Positions 21,487-30,853 of a DNA stretch of 47,731 nt are shown here, one piece after another; position 1 is the first letter of the stretch; each line of letters opens with the position of its first letter. Made by a program: the position numbers and the translations under genes. A model generated the notes under the pieces. The model saw nothing but the letters and a program-made list of their open reading frames with translations. It had not been told where the DNA came from and made no database searches. The DNA comes from Fidelibacterota bacterium (lineage in GTDB: Bacteria; Fidelibacterota; UBA2242). The stretch is taken from assembly GCA_043808945.1 (NCBI GenBank), contig JAZDEI010000344.1, positions 1-47,731 of the forward strand, in the 5' to 3' direction.

Positions 21487-21817
21487 ATTTCCTCATTCGT
21501 TTTAAAACCGGCCTAATTTAACTTTTTTGGCAATATTATCAATGTCTTTATTGTTGGGATAAAATATTTGATCGTTTTAAAACTTTTTCTTGCTATTTAA
21601 CACCAGACGGCTACCTTATTGTGTGAATGAATACCAGGGTGTTGATAAGTTGTTTACAGGGGCGGGCGGTTTGGGGGTTTTGTCTGTTGTTTTTGGACGC
21701 TTTTTGTGGACTCCGTGGAGTGGTGGTAGAAATTGGTCATTAATAATGGCGCTCTTCTTGGTGAAAACACAGAGCCCCTTTTTTGTTGATAACTATGAAT
21801 TATTAGCGTAAATATCT
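21487..21817. promoter_or_regulatory. rpmH-dnaA divergent intergenic region with DnaA-box-like 9-mers: dnaA autoregulatory region and/or oriC component
   Basis: TGTTGATAA occurs at 21640-21648 and at 21784-21792, each one mismatch from TGTGGATAA. Weaker matches are TGTGAATGA (21622-21630) and TGTGGACTC (21705-21713). The strand switch of gene orientation occurs here. Confidence 0.45.
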
Positions 21818-23206
21818 ATGCCAGAATCTTTTAATTGTGTTTCGGTTTGGGATGGTTGCCTTGAATATGTTCGGAAGAAAGTGCCACAGCAAACTTTTGA
21901 TACGTGGTTCGCTCCAATGAAGGCTATTTCTCTTTCTAAAGAGAACCTGATTCTACAGGTTCCCAACAAGTTTTTTTACGATTGGGTTGACAGCCATTAT
22001 CGCGACATGATCCTTAAGGCCCTCAGCGAAGTTACCGGAAACGGATATGGGATAAATTACACCGTTCTCCTGGGGGAAGATGCGGAAAAGCACCTTGCCG
22101 GAATAGCGCATTATACTAAGGATGCGATCGTCGTACCAGCAGAAACAGATGTCAAGACCGGTATGTTTGAAACGGGTTCACGACTGAACGAGAGATATGT
22201 TTTCGATACATACGTGGAGGGTACTTCAAATCAATTCGCCCGCGCCGCGGCTATGGCGGTGGCCAGCGCTCCCGGGAGAACTTCTTTCAATCCCCTGGTT
22301 ATTTACGGGGGAACCGGTCTGGGAAAAACTCACCTTTTACAAGCCATTGGCAATGAAGCGAGAGCAACCGGGCGCGCTAAAAAGGTCGTTTATGTTTCCA
22401 GCGATACATTTACTCTCGACTTTATCGCGGCAATCCAGAAAAACAAAACCACGGAATTTTCTCGATATTATCGCGGTGTTGACATGTTGTTACTGGACGA
22501 CATCCAGTTTTTCCAGAACAAGGAACAGACCCAGGAGCAATTTTTTCACATTTTCAATGACCTTTATCAACACCACAAACAGATCGTACTAACGACCGAC
22601 AAGCCACCAATGGAATTGCATGGCCTGCAGGAGCGCCTGCTTTCACGGTTTCAATCCAGCCTGACGGTTGACGTACAGCCCCCGGATTTGGAGACGCGGA
22701 TTGCGATTTTGCAGAAGAAGGCCAATGACGATGAACTGGATATTCCCTATGAGGTCATTGAGTATTTGTCGATGAATATTCGGTCGAATGTCAGAGAGCT
22801 TGAGGGGGCCTTAATTCGACTACTGGCGTATTCGTCATTAATAAGGGTCGATATTGATATTAATCTTACCCAGCGGGTGCTGCGGGAAATTTTAGGGGCC
22901 AGACACACGACATCGGTGTCAATTGAGAGCGTTCAAAGTACAGTCAGCAATGCCTATAAAATTAACCTTGATTCGATGGTTGGCAAGGGGCGCACCAAAG
23001 AGGTCGCCGAGTCGCGTATGATAGCAATGTATCTTACCCGCGAACACACCGACCTGTCGCTCAAAACAATCGGGCTCTATTTTGGAGGTCGCGATCATTC
23101 GACGGTGGTGCACGCCTGCCGGTGGGTCGAGGGGCGAATGAAATCCGATGCAACCTTTACCCGTCTGATTAACGAGTTAAAGGCCAAACTTTCTCAAAAT
23201 ATTTAA
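21818..23206 (+). CDS. dnaA: Chromosomal replication initiator protein DnaA
   Basis: 462 aa. Motifs present: Walker A IYGGTGLGKTHLLQAIG, Walker B MLLLDDIQF, sensor/box VII region and a C-terminal DNA-binding domain ending GGRDHSTVVHA. Confidence 0.97.
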   Translation: MPESFNCVSVWDGCLEYVRKKVPQQTFDTWFAPMKAISLSKENLILQVPNKFFYDWVDSHYRDMILKALSEVTGNGYGINYTVLLGEDAEKHLAGIAHYTKDAIVVPAETDVKTGMFETGSRLNERYVFDTYVEGTSNQFARAAAMAVASAPGRTSFNPLVIYGGTGLGKTHLLQAIGNEARATGRAKKVVYVSSDTFTLDFIAAIQKNKTTEFSRYYRGVDMLLLDDIQFFQNKEQTQEQFFHIFNDLYQHHKQIVLTTDKPPMELHGLQERLLSRFQSSLTVDVQPPDLETRIAILQKKANDDELDIPYEVIEYLSMNIRSNVRELEGALIRLLAYSSLIRVDIDINLTQRVLREILGARHTTSVSIESVQSTVSNAYKINLDSMVGKGRTKEVAESRMIAMYLTREHTDLSLKTIGLYFGGRDHSTVVHACRWVEGRMKSDATFTRLINELKAKLSQNI

Positions 23207-23218
23207 TTTTTCCTGATA

Positions 23219-24763
23219 TTATAGCCAGAGATGACGATCCAGACTGCGGTACTGAATAGCCTCTCCGATATGTTCGGGGCGGATTTGAGAAGAATTTGCA
23301 AGGTCGGCAATCGAGCGCGACACTTTCAGAATTCTATCATATGCCCGGGCGCTTAATCCAAGCTTGTTAATGGCATTTCTAAGGAGATCTTCACAGGGCT
23401 GATCGATCTGGCAAAAACGTTTAATAAGACGGGATTCCATGTGGGCATTGGCATAGACACTCTTGATTCCCCGAAACCGCTCGAGCTGAATTGCCCGGGC
23501 GCCCTGAACACGTTCGCGGATCGTTTCCGATGATTCACCCGGCGTTTTATTTGCCAATTCTGCGAACCGGACGGCCGGAACCTCAATGTGAATGTCAATT
23601 CTGTCGAGTAATGGACCGGAGATGCGAGCCATGTATTTTTGGATTTGCTGTTGCGTGCAGGTGCATTTATTATGCGGATCGGTGGCGTAGCCGCAAGGAC
23701 AGGGATTCATGGCTGCAACCAGCATAAAAGAGGCCGGATAGGTCAGTGAAAGTAATGCCCGCGAGATTGTTACATAACCATTTTCAAGCGGCTGCCGCAT
23801 TACCTCAAGGACATTTTTCTTGAATTCCGGTAATTCGTCTAAAAACAGAACACCATGATGACTTAAACTAACTTCTCCCGGTCGGGGAAATTTGCCCCCT
23901 CCAACCAACGCTGCATCCGAAATCGTATGATGCGGCGACCGAAATGGACGGGTTGCCACAATACCCTGGCCGGAAGGAATTATTCCGGCGACCGAATGTA
24001 TTTTGGTCGTTTCCAGGGCCTCTTCCAGGGTCAGATTTGGTAAAATTGACGGTATGCGTTTGGCAAGCATGGTTTTACCCGAACCGGGCGGGCCGATCAT
24101 GATGATATTATGACCTCCGGCCGCCGCGACTTCCAAAGCACGTTTGACATTCTCCTGGCCTTTGACATCGGAAAAATTTGTTTGGTAAACACGATGCTCT
24201 TCAAATAAGGCTTGTACATCGACCCTGGTTGGCAATGGCTGCAGACGGTCTTCCAAGAAATCAATTACATCCCGCAGTGATTTTACGCCAATGATTTCGA
24301 GATCGCCGGTAATGGCGGCCTCCCGGGCATTCTGTTCGGGCAGGATAATACCGCGTATACCGGTTTCTCTTACAGAAACAGAGATTGGCAGGGCCCCTTT
24401 TATTTCGCGGAGGGCGCCATCTAATGATAGTTCACCAAGAAAGATATAATCGTTAATTTTGTCCTTTGGAATCAACTCCGCCGCGCTCAGAATGCCAATA
24501 GCAATCGGCAAATCAAAAGAGCTTCCCTCCTTTTTAACATCAGCCGGGGCCAGGTTGACGACGATTTTATTGCTGGGTATGTAATAGCCCAGATTCTTAA
24601 TGGCCGACCAGACCCGCTCCTTACTTTCACGAACAGCACCTTCCGGCAGACCAACCGTGATAAATGCCGGTAATTGCGCGCCGCTCAGATTACACTCGAC
24701 ATCGACGACATATGCGTCTATGCCAAGAACCGCAGCGCTTTTTACGATGGAAAATTTTGTCAT
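23219..24763 (-). CDS. comM: YifB/ComM-family Mg-chelatase-like ATPase
   Basis: Walker A IMIGPPGSGKTMLAKR and Walker B GVLFLDELPEF are present, with a Lon-like N-terminal domain. I prefer the ATG at 24763 (MTKFSIVKS...), preceded by GAAGGAGGG, over the track start at 24811. Confidence 0.9.
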   Translation of the reverse strand: MTKFSIVKSAAVLGIDAYVVDVECNLSGAQLPAFITVGLPEGAVRESKERVWSAIKNLGYYIPSNKIVVNLAPADVKKEGSSFDLPIAIGILSAAELIPKDKINDYIFLGELSLDGALREIKGALPISVSVRETGIRGIILPEQNAREAAITGDLEIIGVKSLRDVIDFLEDRLQPLPTRVDVQALFEEHRVYQTNFSDVKGQENVKRALEVAAAGGHNIIMIGPPGSGKTMLAKRIPSILPNLTLEEALETTKIHSVAGIIPSGQGIVATRPFRSPHHTISDAALVGGGKFPRPGEVSLSHHGVLFLDELPEFKKNVLEVMRQPLENGYVTISRALLSLTYPASFMLVAAMNPCPCGYATDPHNKCTCTQQQIQKYMARISGPLLDRIDIHIEVPAVRFAELANKTPGESSETIRERVQGARAIQLERFRGIKSVYANAHMESRLIKRFCQIDQPCEDLLRNAINKLGLSARAYDRILKVSRSIADLANSSQIRPEHIGEAIQYRSLDRHLWL

Positions 24764-24845
24764 AAACCCTCCTTCGCTGTTAAAATAACCTGGCGATCTA
24801 GCACCGGGCAAGATGTTTTTTCAAAAAGTAAATACGCGTCTTTTA

Positions 24846-25928
24846 CTAATCAGGGTTGCTCCTATTTAAAGATCCGTGAAATTGCTGTTCGCATAAGGCT
24901 ATCTCATTTGCCATTTTCTCGCAAACGTTGTCGCGATAGGTCTTGGCCGCAACCTTGATCGCGTTTGTGATGGCCTTGGCGCGGCTGCGGCCATGGGCTT
25001 TTATAACAATTTCACGGAAACCCAGAAGAGGGGCTCCGCCGTATTCAGAATAATCGGTTACCTGCTTTAGTTGTTTAATTCCGCTGGAAAGGGCGATAAG
25101 GCCGAGCATCCATACGAACCGGCGCTTGAATGCATAACGACCGAGGTGCGAGAGCATTTCGGCAATCCCCTCGATGGTCTTCATTACAATATTGCCGACG
25201 TAACCTTCGGTCACAACAACATCCGCCAGGCCCTTGATGATATCATTACCCTCGATATTGCCGATAAAATTCAGGTTTTTTTGAGCGCTAAGGATTTCAT
25301 AGGCCCGCGACAAAACATCTCCACCTTTGTGCGATTCTTTGCCGATATTCAGGAGGGCAACGGCCGGGTCCTTCACGCCCTTGACATCCGAAGCGTAAAT
25401 TTTACCCATGATGGCGAATTGTACCAGGTCTTCGGTCGAACAATGGATATTGGCGCCGATGTCAAGGATTAGTGCGAATGGATCTTGTCTTCCCTTTTCA
25501 TTGCTGGTTGGATAAACGGTGGCGATAGCGGTTTTGTGCACGCCTTTGATGCGCGGTATATATTTGGCCGCCGAGAGAATATATGCCCCGGTATTGCCGG
25601 CCGAAACCATTCCATGAGCCTGTCCACTGCCACATATTTGAGCCGCGATCAGCATGGATGCATCCGGTTTTTTTACCAGGATTGATTTAGGTTCATCGTC
25701 ATTGGTGATAAATTGATCGGTGTGCACAATTTTGATTTGTTCCGGACGATGTTCGGTGCGCTCCAGAATCGGCCTTATTTTTTCCTCGTCGCCGACCAGG
25801 ATTGTATTTATGGAGGTTTCAACCGTTACCCGCGCGACGCCCATGACAATCTCGGTTGGCGCAAAATCGCCTCCCATTGCATCGACAGCAATTACGGTAT
25901 GAAGCGGCTGGTTGTCTCCGGATATCAT
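24846..25928 (-). CDS. plsX: Phosphate acyltransferase PlsX
   Basis: 360 aa. Motifs present: IAVDAMGGDFAP and SAGNTGA, and the PlsX fold is visible throughout. Confidence 0.93.
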   Translation of the reverse strand: MISGDNQPLHTVIAVDAMGGDFAPTEIVMGVARVTVETSINTILVGDEEKIRPILERTEHRPEQIKIVHTDQFITNDDEPKSILVKKPDASMLIAAQICGSGQAHGMVSAGNTGAYILSAAKYIPRIKGVHKTAIATVYPTSNEKGRQDPFALILDIGANIHCSTEDLVQFAIMGKIYASDVKGVKDPAVALLNIGKESHKGGDVLSRAYEILSAQKNLNFIGNIEGNDIIKGLADVVVTEGYVGNIVMKTIEGIAEMLSHLGRYAFKRRFVWMLGLIALSSGIKQLKQVTDYSEYGGAPLLGFREIVIKAHGRSRAKAITNAIKVAAKTYRDNVCEKMANEIALCEQQFHGSLNRSNPD

Positions 25929-25929
25929 A

Positions 25930-26895
25930 TTATTGTCTAAGTAGTTTAATCATTTCCGGGACAATATCGAAAAGATTTGCAACTATTCCATAATCCGCGG
26001 CTTTGAAAATCGGAGCGTCCGGGTCGGTGTTAATCGCGACAATATATTTTGATGACGATATACCCGCCAGATGTTGCAATGCACCTGAAATACCGCAGGC
26101 GATATATAAGTCCGGCGCCACGGTTTTACCAGTTTGGCCGACCTGGTGAATCTGCTCTACCCAACCGGCGTCGACGATTGACCGACTGGCTCCGATCGCC
26201 GCCCCGAAGACGTCGGCCAACTCTTCGATTAAATGAAAATTTTCAGGGCCGCCAATGCCCCGGCCGCCGGCAACGATTATCCTGGCGTCGGCTAACGCCG
26301 GTCGCCCTGAGGTTGTCGGCTGGATTTCAACCAGTGAAATTCTTTGATCGCTCTGAGATAATTCCGGCCTGAAATGAGAGATTTCCGGCTGGTGCGGATT
26401 TTCCTGCGGCGTAATTACATTAGCCCTGATCGTAATAAATGCCGGTTTTTTAATTAACCTGATTTCGGCCAAGGCTTTGCCGGCGTACACCGGCCGTTGG
26501 CAAACGGGAAAATGTTGATCGTCGATTTTTACCCGCAGGCAATCGACTGCCACCGAGCCGCCGGTCATAATTGCCAGCGCGGGAGCTACGTCCCGGCTTA
26601 AAATATCGTCGGGAAAAAGGACCACATCCGCCTGTTCCGTCGAGAGCAATTGATCGATAGCTCCCGCAATTAAATTCGGATTGTAAATTTCCGGCAGCAA
26701 GTCATCAATAAAGACAACCTTGTCGGCGCCGTAGCGACCGGCATCGGCGACCGGTTCGGAAGTTTCATTATATAGACAAACAGCCGTCAATTTTCCATTA
26801 ACCCGATCGGTCATCTGGCGTCCCAAGCCCAGGCAACCGGCGCTGGTTTTGGAAATGGTGTTTTCTTTGATTTCAAGATATACTAAAATATTCAT
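25930..26895 (-). CDS. etfA: Electron transfer flavoprotein alpha subunit
   Basis: The C-terminal FAD-binding region reads IVAGGRGIGG...AIGASRSIVDAGW...QVGQTGKTVAPDLYIACGISGALQHLAG. The start is set at ATG 26895 (MNILVYLE...), with GGAG 9 nt upstream. The track start at 26964 would overlap etfB. Confidence 0.9.
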   Translation of the reverse strand: MNILVYLEIKENTISKTSAGCLGLGRQMTDRVNGKLTAVCLYNETSEPVADAGRYGADKVVFIDDLLPEIYNPNLIAGAIDQLLSTEQADVVLFPDDILSRDVAPALAIMTGGSVAVDCLRVKIDDQHFPVCQRPVYAGKALAEIRLIKKPAFITIRANVITPQENPHQPEISHFRPELSQSDQRISLVEIQPTTSGRPALADARIIVAGGRGIGGPENFHLIEELADVFGAAIGASRSIVDAGWVEQIHQVGQTGKTVAPDLYIACGISGALQHLAGISSSKYIVAINTDPDAPIFKAADYGIVANLFDIVPEMIKLLRQ

Positions 26896-26908
26896 ATTTC
26901 GTCTCCGG

Positions 26909-27661
26909 TTAAATAACCCACGCTTCTTCCCGTAGACGCCGAATGAGTTCCGGCACGGCAGCAATGTCGCGCCCCAAAATTATTCCGGCGGCGCGATCCT
27001 CGGGCGGTAATATTTCAAGCAGTTGAATATATTCGCGGCCGTAGGGGATGTTTTTCGTCACGACCTCTTTTTTTCGCGAAAGCATTATGTCTTTCAGCGA
27101 AGGATAACGTGGTTTATTGAGACCTTTCTCGGTTGTCAAGAGACAGGGGGTCTGAATTTCATAGACGGCCCTGCCCGCATCCGTCTCTTTGGTGACGACG
27201 ATGTGATTGCCTTCTAAATTCAGAGATGTAATGGCAGTAATACTCGGGAAACCGAGCAGTTGCGCCAAGAGTGTTCCAACGAGCCCATTGCCGGTATCTA
27301 TTGACTGTTTACCGCAGAAAATTAAATCCGGTTGAAGGGGCCGGATTTCTTCTGCCAGCCGGTTGGCGACAACAATGGCGTCGGAGCAGGCATCGGTATC
27401 CGAAATTATATGAATTAGCCGGTCGGCGCCCAGGGCCAGGGCGCGTTTCAATCCCAGGCTGTCTCTTTCGGGGCCAATCGAAACGGCGACAATCGTACCA
27501 CCCGTTTTTTCTTTCAATTGTATGGCGGCTTCGAGTGCATATTCATCATAGGGATTAAGATCGTATTTCAGGTTGTTGCCGTCGATTCCCATTTTATCCG
27601 ACGTTATCGTGACAACCGAATCGGATACCGGGACAACTTTCACGCAGACAACAATATTCAT
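26909..27661 (-). CDS. etfB: Electron transfer flavoprotein beta subunit
   Basis: 250 aa. The sequence MNIVVCVKVVPVS...LNPYDEYALEAAIQLKE...LIFCGKQSIDTGNG is typical of EtfB. Confidence 0.9.
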   Translation of the reverse strand: MNIVVCVKVVPVSDSVVTITSDKMGIDGNNLKYDLNPYDEYALEAAIQLKEKTGGTIVAVSIGPERDSLGLKRALALGADRLIHIISDTDACSDAIVVANRLAEEIRPLQPDLIFCGKQSIDTGNGLVGTLLAQLLGFPSITAITSLNLEGNHIVVTKETDAGRAVYEIQTPCLLTTEKGLNKPRYPSLKDIMLSRKKEVVTKNIPYGREYIQLLEILPPEDRAAGIILGRDIAAVPELIRRLREEAWVI

Positions 27662-27672
27662 TGTACCTCCTG

Positions 27673-29019
27673 TTATTGGCCGCTGACCATCAGCCGATCT
27701 ATTTTAAAAGTTGGAGAGTTAATAGAGCCCCGAAATTCAAGGTCATTGCCAATCATCGAAATGGAATTGAGCATATCAAACATATTTCCGGCTACAGTAC
27801 ACTCCTGAACCGGGTAGGCCAATTTGCCGTTTTCGATCCAGATTCCTTCGGCGCCCCGTGAATAGTCGCCGGTAACGTAATTAACACCGACCCAGTTTAC
27901 ATCGGTCAGAAACAGCCCATTCTGTATGGAACCGATGATTTCCGCCGGCGAATAACGTCCGGCCTGCATAAAAAAATTGGATGTCGCCGGCGCCGGTTCG
28001 GAGCTGGCGCCGCGCCGGGCACTGCCAGTCGGAACGGTTTTCAACTTGCGGGCCGAATAGCAATCGCATAAAAATGTTTTCAAAACACCGTTTTCGATAA
28101 CAACATTCCGGCGTCCGGCCAAGCCCTCGTCGTCAAAATAGCGGGAATCATTGCCACCCGGCAGAGTCGCATCATCGATAATATTTATCTCTTTTACGGC
28201 AATCGACTGTCCCAATTTGTCAATCAGGAACGAATTTTTCCTATAAATGGCACTGCCGACGACGACTGCCGCGATAATATTGAGCAAATCGGCCCCGGCT
28301 TGCGGGTCGAATACGACCGGGACAGACTGCGTGGCCGGCTTCCTGGAACCCACTTTGCGGGCCGTGCGTTCGGCTGCGGTTTTGGCGATGGACTCGATCG
28401 GGTCGAGTTTGCTAAAAGTACGTTGACCAGACCACCAGTAATCAGTCTGTTTGACGTTATCTTTTTCGGCGACAAGTTGTAAAGAAAGCGAACAGTTCGA
28501 GAACTCCTGTTCGCCGGAAAAACCGCGCGAGTTGAGCAATATGGTTTGGCCGTAAGAATCGTTCCAGAAAGCGCCACCGGAATTGGTAATGAGCGAATTT
28601 TGCTTTAATCCGAGAGTCTCAAGGTCGCTTGCCATCTGAATTTTGCGTTCGGTTGGAATTTGAGCGATTTCCGGATCGTAGAGACCGAGTCCGGCTTTTG
28701 TCGCACCAAATAAACCGCCCTCCGGCAGGCCGTTGTATTCATCTATGTCGGAGAGCCGGGCGATTTCCAGTGCCTTTTGGACCATCGTGGAGACAGATTC
28801 CGGTCGCAGATCGCTTGTGTAAGTAAGGGCCTTGCGTTTGTTCTTGAAAACGCGGATGCCGAGCGCCCGCGGATTCGACTGTCGTAATTCTTCGATTTTT
28901 CCGAGCCGTACTTTTATACGGGCGCTGGTGAAATTATTAATGAGGACATCGACCTCATCGGCGCCTCCCCGGCGGGCCTCTTTGATAACTCGTTCCGCGA
29001 TTTTGATAAGTTCCTGCAT
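27673..29019 (-). CDS. pmbA: PmbA/TldE-family metalloprotease subunit
   Basis: PmbA_TldD fold with the C-terminal stretch GDYSRGAEGIWIENGKLAYPV. It lies adjacent to tldD. The start is set at ATG 29019 (MQELIKIAERV...), preceded by GAGGAG. The track's GTG at 29058 lies inside tldD. Confidence 0.85.
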   Translation of the reverse strand: MQELIKIAERVIKEARRGGADEVDVLINNFTSARIKVRLGKIEELRQSNPRALGIRVFKNKRKALTYTSDLRPESVSTMVQKALEIARLSDIDEYNGLPEGGLFGATKAGLGLYDPEIAQIPTERKIQMASDLETLGLKQNSLITNSGGAFWNDSYGQTILLNSRGFSGEQEFSNCSLSLQLVAEKDNVKQTDYWWSGQRTFSKLDPIESIAKTAAERTARKVGSRKPATQSVPVVFDPQAGADLLNIIAAVVVGSAIYRKNSFLIDKLGQSIAVKEINIIDDATLPGGNDSRYFDDEGLAGRRNVVIENGVLKTFLCDCYSARKLKTVPTGSARRGASSEPAPATSNFFMQAGRYSPAEIIGSIQNGLFLTDVNWVGVNYVTGDYSRGAEGIWIENGKLAYPVQECTVAGNMFDMLNSISMIGNDLEFRGSINSPTFKIDRLMVSGQ

Positions 29020-29032
29020 TTTCTCCTCGTAT

Positions 29033-30580
29033 TTAAGAACCGCCGACCGTGATTTCACTGATTTTTACGGTAGGATTGCCCACGCTGACCGGAATGTTTT
29101 GGCCATCTTTACCGCAGGACCAGGTGCTATCGGAAATCTTCAGATCGTCGCCGACCATCAGGATTTTATTCATGACGTCAGGGCCGTTGCCGATCAGCGT
29201 GACATCTTTCAGGGGTGCGGTCAGTCGCCCGTCTTCAATAAGATAGGCTTCGATCACGCCGAAAGTAAAGTCGCCCTTGATTGTATCGACCTGGCCGCCA
29301 CTAAAATTTTTGGCGTATACGCCTTTTTTAACCGATCGAATGATTTCTTCAGCCGTACACTCGCCTTTTTGCAGATATGTCGTGGTCATGCGGGCCAGCG
29401 GCGGATAGGCGTATGATTGTCGTCGTCCGTTGCCGGTGGGATTTACTTTCATCATGCGGGCGGAGATACTGTTGTGCATATAGCCCTTCAGAATGCCATT
29501 TTCGATCAGTACGGTGTTAGATGGAAGATGGCCTTCATCATCAATATTGATCGCGCCGCGCGAGCCGGGCAACAATCCGGTGTCAATGATTGTACAGCGT
29601 TCGGAGGCGACTTTCTGGCCGACTTTTCCGGAATAATTTGAAAGATTCTTATAATTGTAATCGGCCTCTAATCCGTGGCCGACGGCCTCGTGAATCAGCA
29701 CGCCACTCTCGGCCGGCCCGAGAATGACGACCTGTGGTCCGGCCGGCGCCGGTTTGGCGTCGAGATTGGTAATTGCGATTGTAGCGGCCTGTTGTGCGAC
29801 TACAGTTGGAGTATTATTCGGTTTATCGAGAAAGTCTAGTCCTGCGCGCGCTGACCGGGCGGCGTTGGCGCCCTGACGTTTGCCGTTGTCTTCGGCGGTT
29901 ACACGAACCCGCAGTGCAAATAGCGGCTGAACGTCCTGAAAGTTTTTGCCTTCCGAATCGAAATACATGATCTGGCGTAGTTCGTCGGCAATCGAAGCTG
30001 TCACACTGGAAACCCGTGAATTGAATCGGCGGGCAGCTCCATCGGCCTGATTGAGCAGTTCGATTTTTCGGTTAAGATCGATGTTTACGCTGTAGGTCTC
30101 GACCGGATAAAGATTTTTACAGGAAATATTTTGAAAACGACTAATCTTGAAAGAGTTTGCAGTGTCGGCAATATTGGCGGCGGTCTCTGCGGCGATAAGC
30201 ATCTTTGGAAAATCGATCGCATCGGTATAAGCGTAACCGATCTGATCACCCTGAACGGCGCGAACGCCCATACCCAGCACGATCCCACTGCTTATATCCT
30301 TGATAATCCCGTCTTCGATGCGCAGGCCGGAGCTGGTTCGATATTCAAAAAACAGATCGGCGCTTTGAGCGCCTTTTGCCAAAGCCCGGTCGAGTAATCT
30401 CTGCGCCTCGGCCGCCGAAACACTAAAAAGCGTTTCCATGTCTTGCAGATTTGAGCCGGGTTTGGTTTTGGAATAACCCATATTAAACCAAGCCGGGGCC
30501 GTAACAATACCGGCCGCCAGAATTCCGCTTGTCTTGAGAAATTCGCGTCTTTTCAATCCGCCTCCATAGATGTATGCCAA
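29033..30580 (-). CDS. tldD: TldD-family metalloprotease with a twin-arginine (Tat) signal peptide
   Basis: The HEAVGHGLE (HExxxH) motif and the TldD fold are present. The N-terminus GGLKRREFLKTSGILAAGIVTAPAW matches the Tat consensus (S/T)RRxFLK followed by an h-region. Confidence 0.9.
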   Translation of the reverse strand: MAYIYGGGLKRREFLKTSGILAAGIVTAPAWFNMGYSKTKPGSNLQDMETLFSVSAAEAQRLLDRALAKGAQSADLFFEYRTSSGLRIEDGIIKDISSGIVLGMGVRAVQGDQIGYAYTDAIDFPKMLIAAETAANIADTANSFKISRFQNISCKNLYPVETYSVNIDLNRKIELLNQADGAARRFNSRVSSVTASIADELRQIMYFDSEGKNFQDVQPLFALRVRVTAEDNGKRQGANAARSARAGLDFLDKPNNTPTVVAQQAATIAITNLDAKPAPAGPQVVILGPAESGVLIHEAVGHGLEADYNYKNLSNYSGKVGQKVASERCTIIDTGLLPGSRGAINIDDEGHLPSNTVLIENGILKGYMHNSISARMMKVNPTGNGRRQSYAYPPLARMTTTYLQKGECTAEEIIRSVKKGVYAKNFSGGQVDTIKGDFTFGVIEAYLIEDGRLTAPLKDVTLIGNGPDVMNKILMVGDDLKISDSTWSCGKDGQNIPVSVGNPTVKISEITVGGS

Positions 30581-30853
30581 AGTTAGGCTCTATTTTCATT
30601 TTTTAAATCGGAATGGGTTTAATTATCAACATCGTTTCAACTGTTTTGACCGTAATCTCCAAATTTTTCACCCTAAAAACAAGACTGTTCTAATTCCGAC
30701 CTGCTGTTGTAAAATCCACTGTTGCGGAATATTTTTATTCAGAAATCTGTCGTTTAGGCAACGAGATTGTATTTTAGTTCGGAAATAATTAATATATTCG
30801 GCCAACATAATGAGTTTCGTGAATATAGTGATTTAATCAGGAGTCAATATTAT

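Noticed and set aside
21590-21811. A 73-aa ORF (TTG start) filling the rpmH-dnaA spacer.
   Set aside because: It has no SD, a non-ATG start and an odd composition (GGLGVLSVVFGRFLWTPWSGG). The region is better explained as regulatory or origin DNA carrying DnaA-box-like motifs.
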